Shown one piece after another: positions 25,126 to 32,070 of a DNA stretch of 32,070 bases (the stretch's first letter is position 1; the number at the start of each line of letters is the position of its first letter). This stretch comes from Ginglymostoma cirratum. Taxonomy: Eukaryota. The stretch spans positions 4,676,604-4,708,673 of the forward strand of contig JAHRHZ010000032.1 in NCBI GenBank assembly GCA_024137785.1, written 5' to 3'. The position numbers were made by a program, and so were the translations under genes. The notes under the pieces are model-generated. The model worked only from the letters and a program-made list of their open reading frames with translations. It did not search any database and had not been told where the DNA came from.

Positions 25126-25464
25126 CCCAAACAGACAGCACAACTGTTCCATCATCGAATCCATCGTTGATACTGACGCTGCACTTGTACGTTCCTTCAT
25201 CCCAAACATTAACATTCTTCAGAGTAAGAGATGCATCTCCTCCCTTGATGCTGCTACCTCCAAGTGCAGTTCTCTTGGTGTAGTTCTTGTGTTGTTCACT
25301 GAAGTCATCCACATTATTCCTGTATTCATGGATGCTTTGTTCTTCACCTACCTTCTCCCAGATCACTGTCGGGTTACTGCCACCTTCGTCAAAGGTACAT
25401 TTGAGAGTGACATCTTTACCAACTTCTGTAACCACATGCTGGTCACAGATTACATCGAATGTCT
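25126..25464 (-). CDS. B7/butyrophilin-like gene, IgV exon
   Basis: ttcattccttatgcAG|...G|GTATGT, 339 nt, phase 1-1: ETFDVICDQHVVTEVGKDVTLKCTF...VIWEK...IHEYRNNVDDFSEQHKNYTKRTAL...GDASLTLKNVNVWDEGTYKCSV...VVLSVW. Q...Y..RT.L and GDASL.L.NV...DEG.Y.C are hallmarks of the B7 (VTCN1/CD276/HHLA2) and BTN V domains. Confidence 0.95.
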
Positions 25465-25675
25465 CTGCATAAGGAATGAAAATTACACAGTTACAAACAA
25501 ATCTTCCAGTAAATATTAACATAAATAACAATACAAACTTCTGATCAAATAAATTTTATACCATTTACACAGGAAGTTGTTATGCCCCTAAAATGGTTAG
25601 ATTGTGATGGGAAACTCTTCCAAGTTTGTTTTCACTCTCATTTGAAGAGATGACATCAGAGCAGGATGAGGTCTA

Positions 25676-25685
25676 GGGAATTCCC
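25676..25685. promoter_or_regulatory. Perfect palindromic NF-kB site (candidate)
   Basis: GGGAATTCCC in unique intronic DNA ~210 bp upstream of the IgV exon, with a CRE-like TGACATCA at 25651-25658. Confidence 0.3.
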
Positions 25686-25711
25686 CAGTCTATGTAAACT
25701 GCTGTTAAGTC

Positions 25712-27200
25712 CATAAGATCATAAGATATAGGAGCCCATTTAGGCCATATGGCCTATCAAGGCTGCTCCACTGTTTGATCATGGCTGATATTTTTTCAAC
25801 CCCATTCTCCTGCCTTCTACTGTGACTCTTGATCCCCTTAACAGTCAAAAACTAATCCATCCCTAATTTAAAGATACTCAATGACTTGGCTTCCACAGCC
25901 TTCCAATGGCAATGAGTTCCACAGATCCACTACCATCTGGCTGAAGAAATTCCTCCACATCTCAGTTCTAAAGAGTCGTACCCTCAGCTCCTAGTCTCTT
26001 CTACTAGTGGAAACACCTTCTCCACATCCACTCTCTCCAAGCCTTGCAGTATTCTGTAAATTTCAACAAGATATACCCCTTGTCCTTCTATACTCCATCA
26101 ACTCCAGGTCCACAGTCCTCAACTATTCCTCACATGACATGCCCTTTATCCCCCAGGATCATTCTTGTCAACCTCCTCTAGACCCTTTACAATGCCAACA
26201 CATCCTTCCTGAGATAGGGGGCCGAAAACTGCAATTGTTATGGGCGAGGCCAGATCCCTTCAAAATATTTTAGGAAGGTAATCTAGACACTAACTTTTTC
26301 TTATTTTAAAGGGAGAGGGGAAGTGGGTGTTTCAGGTGTGATGCAACTTGTCAAACCACACAGCTTCAACCAAAACAGAATGTATTTAAACACTACAGCT
26401 GAAGCACGAACAAAAGAAAGCAGAATTTAGTGTAACTTACCTCTTGGAAAACTTAACCGACCCATTACAGTGACTTATCGGATTGACTGTTCCATTATAG
26501 TAAAATCTCAAACACACCCCTTGGCAAAAAGACAAATTCAAACACAGAATCTTACAGGCAGGAAGGAAGGAACAACATCCAAAGAGATTTCAGAAACTCA
26601 ATCAGGAATCCTTTACTGTAGCTTGCAACACTTCTGCCACTCAAAACATCTTGCGACTGCTACAGCTAAAAAAATTAGAAAAAACCTGAAGTGGGGAGAA
26701 CTGGCCACTCTCCTTCCTTTGTTAACCTGATACTCGTTAGACTCTTTGTCGCATCTGCCTTTACAACCTCTCTACAAAAACCAAGGACCTTTTTAAAGTG
26801 ACAGCATCGTCACACAATGCTAACAGTGCATTTGACTTCATAACTGCCAACTCAACCTGCATGTTAGCCTTAAGTGAATGCTGAACTCAGACTCCAAAAT
26901 CCTTTTGTATTTCAGATTCAGAAGCCTTTCCCCATTTAGAAAATAGTTGACATTTCTCTTCTATCAGATCGCAGAACCTCACACTTTCTAATACTGTATT
27001 CCAACTGCCACTTCTTTGCCACCTCTCCTAGCCTGTCCAAGTCCTTCTGCAGCTTCCCTGTTTCCTCAACACTACCTGCTCGTTCCTCCTACCTTTACGC
27101 CATCTGCAAACCTAGCAACAGAGCCCTCAGTTCCTTCATCCAGATTGTTAATGTATAACATGAACAGTTGTGATCCCAACACTGACCCCTGCGGAACAAT
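25712..27200 (-). mobile_element. CR1 LINE 3' portion, interrupted by a solo LTR
   Basis: Terminal cataagatcataagatatagg repeats. The RT region (reverse of gttccgcaggggtcagtgttggg and tttgcagatgg) lies near 27100-27200. Confidence 0.85.
26236..26814. mobile_element. Solo LTR (579 bp) with 4-bp TSD
   Basis: TGTTA...TCACA ends, with CAAT on both sides (26232-26235 and 26815-26818). Confidence 0.8.
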
Positions 27201-27492
27201 TCCCTAAATTTATTTTTTATAAATATCTCAACCAGCTGTTCCAGTATCTTCATATCTAACTATTAATCTGTTATTTTTAGAGCAATAACATTGGCATACA
27301 TTTGACGGACTGAGTAACCTCTTCTGTGGTATCTCTATGATGCTAGTGTTATAGCTGAACTTACATTTAGAGACTTTCAGGAAGACCAAAAGTTCACTGG
27401 AAAGTCACTTCACAAGTCTGACTCAGGCAGCCTGTGTGCCGGCTCCTGGCTGCTTTAAGCAGACCTCATTTCCACTCCCATTCCATTCAGAC

Positions 27493-27544
27493 CAGAGGTA
27501 ATAAATAATAACAGCGGGCCATATCGCCAGATCCTAACATACAT
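27493..27544 (-). CDS. B7/butyrophilin-like gene, putative signal-peptide exon MYVRIWRYGPLLLFITS(G)
   Basis: Acceptor ctcctttccAG two bases before the ATG (27544-27542), basic n-region and hydrophobic core. The phase-1 donor is weak (G|GTCTGA). Confidence 0.6.
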
Positions 27545-27949
27545 ATCTGGAAAGGAGTCACTAGCTCGCAGTGACTGCTCTCGCCACTCGGAATTTAAAA
27601 CTGCATTGATCCTGTATTCGGACCAGAGTGGGAAGTTTCCTGCTTCAGCTAAACAACTGCCTATATTACATGCTCATATTCTAGGGTAAAGTGTGAACGC
27701 AACCTTGTGACCAGAGCCAAGGCTGACAACCACAGCAAATGATTAACAACTATCCGCTCCTGTGATATCAAAAGGATCAGGACTGTCTTATTCCGTATGT
27801 TGCTGGCATTATTTACTAAGCCAACTTGCCAGATTCATGTGAAACCCTGCTACCACAACTCTAAACCTCAGCACTGGTACTCTACAGCAGAATACAACAC
27901 CTACGCTGTAAAAGATCGTCAACTTCTTGTCGATACTCAACTCATCAAT

Positions 27950-29530
27950 GCGTATGATGAATGGTAGCTGTTTATCTACACCCTAGCCCTAGCTTCTGGT
28001 CATCATAACCATCAATCCCATGAAATCTAGCTCTGCCTTAAAAATATTTTAGTACCATGGAACTCTCTGCTTGAAAAGATGGTGAAAGAAAAGCCTCAAG
28101 ACCTCAGAGAAAAATAACAGCCTCATGTCAGTTTTACATGAGCGATGATTATAAATAGTGAATGGAATTCTAGATTCTCCCATAATAGGAATCATTCTTT
28201 CCACACAGACCCTGTCATAACTCCTTAGGATCTTAGATGTTTCAAGCAAGTCAGCTCTTACTCATTTAAAGTCCAGTGAATACAAGCCGAACCCATTCAA
28301 TCTTCGCTCGCAAGATTACCCTACTTATTCCAGGTATTTGTCTGATAAACCTTCTCTGAATTGCTTCCAACACAGTCACATGTTTTCTTGCATCAGGAGA
28401 CCAGCAATGTGCACAGTACTCCAGATGCGGTCTCACTTTTATAACTGAAGCAATAACCACCCTATCTTAGCATTCAACTCCCCTTCTGATAAATAATAAG
28501 ATTCCATTAGCTGTCCTAATTACTTCCTGTACTGGCATACTAACCTTTTGTGATTCATGCACTAAGACATGCAGATCCCTCAGAACTCTTCACTCAGTTC
28601 GACAATATGTTTCTTTTTCATTCATCCTGTCACATTGGGAAAATGTTAAGTTGTCCACATTATAATCCATTGGGCATGCATTTGTCCACTCTTAATTGAT
28701 CTATATCCCTCTGCAGCATCCTTATGTCATGTTCACAACCTTCTTTTGGCCCTATCTTTGTGTCTTCAATAAACATACCTTCATACCTTAAACTAAATGT
28801 TCCAAAGTCATTCATCGGAAGCAGGTGAGGTCCCAGCACCAATCCCTGTAGCACACACACTCATTTCATCTTGCCAGCCTGAAGAAGACCCATTTATCCT
28901 TACTCTGATTCCTGCTGGCCAGCCAATCTTCTATCCATGTCAAAATGCTACCCATTACAGAATGGGATTTTGTTTTCCACAATAACATTTGATGTGGCAC
29001 TGATTTTTAACCATTTACAGGATGTGGGCATTGCTGGCCAGGCAGCATTTATTGCCCAGAGGGCAGTTAAGAGTCAACCACATTGCTGCGGGTCTGGAGT
29101 CACATGTAGGCCAGTTCAGGTAAGGATGGCAGTTTCCTTCCCTAAAGGACATCAGTGAACCAGACAGGTTTTTTTGACAATCCACAATGGATTCACAGTC
29201 ATCATTAGATTCTTAATTCCAGATATTTATTGAATTCAAATTTCACCATCTGCCCTGGCAGGATTCAAACCCGTGTACCCAGAACATTATGTGGGTCTCT
29301 AGGTTAACAGTCCAGCAATAATACCACTAGGTCACTGTCTCCCCCACATATCATTTACCATTTGAGAAGGCATTTATCAAATGCCTTCTCAAAACAAGTA
29401 CAATGCATGCACCAAAGGCCCGTTAACCAAAGCATGTGCTAAAGTTGTAACGCTTCTCCTAATGACAGATGTTAAGGTCACTGACCTGTACTTTCTTGAT
29501 TTTAGTCATCCGCTATCTCCCTTTTTGAAT
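27950..29530 (-). mobile_element. Old CR1 LINE fragment with a nested LINE-tail repeat (~29005-29345)
   Basis: VRPHLEYCAHCWSP..LEAIQRRFIR and VLQGLVLGPHLL...EDTKIG. Confidence 0.8.
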
Positions 29531-29539
29531 AAATGAATT

Positions 29540-29960
29540 AGATTGGTGGGTTTGAGCTATAGCAAGAGGCTTAATAGGCCAAGATTTTTATCCTTTGGAG
29601 CAAGGGGGGCTGACGGTGACCTTACAGAGGTTTATAAAATCATGAGGGACAGTGATGGGGTTAAAAGACAACATTTTTTCCCCCAGGATAGGGGAGTGCG
29701 AGACAAAAGATTTAAAAAAGGGACCGGAGGGGTAACATTTGCACATAGAAGGTGGTGTGTATACAGAACAAGCTGCTAGAGGATGTGCTGGAGGCGGGTA
29801 CAATTACAACATTTAAAAGACATCTGGATGGGTATAGGAAGGGTTGAGGGGGATATGGGCCAAATGCTGGCAAATGGGACGAGGTAAGATTTGGATGTCT
29901 GGTCGGCATGAACGAGTTGGACCAAAGGGTTTATTTCCGTGCTCTGTTACTCTGACTTTA
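29540..29960 (+). mobile_element. CR1 LINE 3' fragment
   Basis: GLSYSKRLNR..GDLTEVYKIMR. Homologous to the reverse complement of 5231-5680. Confidence 0.85.
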
Positions 29961-31485
29961 TTTGTTATCTCTAATCTAATGGGACTTTCCCAGAATCAAG
30001 GGAGTTTTTGAAAACCTTGGAAAAGATACGAGCACTGTGTGAACTGTCAATGATGGCTTAGTGTGGAATCTGATGTGATATGTTGCCAAGAATGTGTATG
30101 CAGCCACCAGGACAGTTAATGTGCAAGTGCCTTGGAAGGCAAAGTCACACTGCTGTTCTGTTGTAGGACGATATCCTCTTTGAGCTTGACTACAGGAAAA
30201 CGATGATGAATGTGCACACATTGACATAGCCTATAGTCACTGGATAGGAGCATGAGGAATCCAGCTCCAGCAGATCAGAGGATATTGTGGAGAGTCTGGA
30301 GCCCATGTTTTCTGCCATGAAGGGAGCATTTGATAAGTGTAGTATCTGCTTTGGCTGCAGCACAATCCAAATCCTACTGAGGTAACCGCACTGCAGTGGA
30401 GACTCGGACAGAAGTCATCAGATTACTGGTTGCTGGTTTGCAGTCTCAAGGCACAGATAATTACCACAGATAGATGTCAAGGTGCTGCCTTGCAGCTGTG
30501 GCAGTGGCACCATGGAGCACGAACCTGCTGTCCTCTCTCATCCTCCCATCATCAGCCTTGCTGCTGTCTGTCGGTCAGTTAACCAGCTCAGTCTGCTGCT
30601 ACCCGTGCTGAATTGGTGCAGTCCAAAGCTGGGTTCCTCAAGGCTCATAGTTGCTCAAGGCCGTCCTGCGAGGTTGGCTGCAGCTCTCCCAGTGAAGGTC
30701 AGGAACTTTAGGAGATTACTTACAATTCACTTGCGCATAGGATTTATGCTCAAATTAATTTCCATGTTTCCCACTGAAGACACTACATTGATTTTGCAAG
30801 CTAGTTGACACTTCTCCAGTTAAACAACATGCTCACATTTTGCAAATGAAATCAGTATATGTTCAGACACCTGCTCCCAAATCTAATGTCTTAAAAATAA
30901 ATGGAAATGCATAAATTGAGAGTTTTGAGAAGAATGTTTAAGCAAAGACCCATAAAACACATGCTGTAAAGTGCACTGCATTCTGCACATGAATAGCAAC
31001 AGCTTTCTTATGCACTGTATTTGCTGACCTACCTTCTGGTTTTCATGGACATAGGGGTTTGAAAGGTTAACCCTTAAGGTTTCTCAATTTCATACTCAAA
31101 CTATCCACGTGGAAATCTAGATGCCATTGTTGGCGACCAAACATTTCCTCATATCAAAAGTAAAGTGAGCCATGTTTTGCTGGAGAAGAATGTCAGTTTC
31201 ACCAATACAGGGTGAAATATGATTACTGGTCCCACTGAATGTAAGTTGTGTTTAATGAAATTGCATTTCTACAATCCACCACACTCATTTTGACTGCCAA
31301 AATGTCATTATTAAAATAAAATTAGACTTTGAATAAAGGAGAAAATTAAATTTCACATTGTACGAATCTCCCATAAATAATTAGAATGATTATAGCATCG
31401 GAGTTGTGTATTCAGCCCATAGTCTTCATGTTGCCTCTTTATAAGAGGGACACTTTACAAGAAACACTTAGCCCACTTAAAGTTG

Positions 31486-31918
31486 GAGAAGATTTGTAGC
31501 TCGGGCTGTGGATGAAGTTGTAGATATGCTCACCGAGCCAGTGGGTTTGGTTGCAAATGTTTCATCACCCTGCTAGGTAACATCATCAGTTCACCTCCGG
31601 TGAAGCGTTGATATTCTGTCCCGCTTGTTACTTATATGCATCAATTTGCTGGGGTGGTCGGTATTACTTCTGGTTTTGTTTCTCAGTGGTTTGTACACAG
31701 GGTCTAATTCAATGTGTTTGTTGATGGAGTTCCGGTTGGAATAGCAGGCCTCCAGGAATTCAAGCCAAACAGAGACACGCCAGGGAATTCCTGGAGGCCT
31801 GGTATTCTAATCGGAACTCCATCAACAAATACAATGAATAACAGCCTGTGTACAAACCACTGAGAAACGAAACCAGAAGTAATATCAACCACCCCAGCAA
31901 ACAGAGGCATATAAATAA
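31486..31918. mobile_element. Penelope-like element fragment in inverted configuration, with hammerhead motif (minus, 31555-31589)
   Basis: Plus frame AKQRHAREFLEAWYSNRNSINK is a GIY-YIG C-terminus. Arms ~31628-31761 and 31785-31918 are reverse complements. The minus strand has CTGATGA-TGTTACC(TAGCAG)GGTGAT-GAAA-CATT. Confidence 0.8.
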
Positions 31919-32070
31919 GAACATAAGAACTAGGAGCAGGAGTAGGCCGGCCAGCCCTTTGAGCCTGCTCCGCCATTCAATAAGATCATGGCTGATCTTT
32001 TCATGGACTCAGATCCACTTACCCGCGCTCTCACCGTATCCCTTAATTCCTTTATTGTTCAAAAAAAAAA
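31919..32070 (-). mobile_element. CR1 3' end running off the window
   Basis: aacataagaactaggagcaggagtaggcc...gagcctgctccgccattcaataagatcatggctgatc. Confidence 0.8.

Noticed and set aside
29976-30700. Possible Gypsy protease remnant (TVNVQVPWK...)
   Set aside because: Similarity is too vague to support without a search.

Overview
Repeat-rich vertebrate genomic DNA, most likely from a shark or other elasmobranch (HE1-type tRNA-SINEs, dense CR1 LINEs, Penelope-like elements). Most of the ORF track is transposon debris. One host gene can be assembled by hand on the minus strand: a B7/butyrophilin-family Ig-superfamily gene with a signal-peptide exon (27544-27493), an IgV exon (25464-25126), an IgC exon (19114-18827) and a short hydrophilic last coding exon (18007-17955). 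The ~243 aa product has no transmembrane or B30.2 domain, so it is predicted to be soluble. Also present: an isolated, decayed TRIP12 HECT-domain exon with intact splice sites (12473-12634, +); a 5'-complete but 3'-truncated CR1 with a nested solo LTR; a second solo LTR; Penelope-like elements carrying minimal hammerhead-ribozyme motifs, one with a ~135 bp inverted repeat; and Gypsy and Harbinger fossils. All identifications come from reading the sequence and recalled family motifs. No searches were run.
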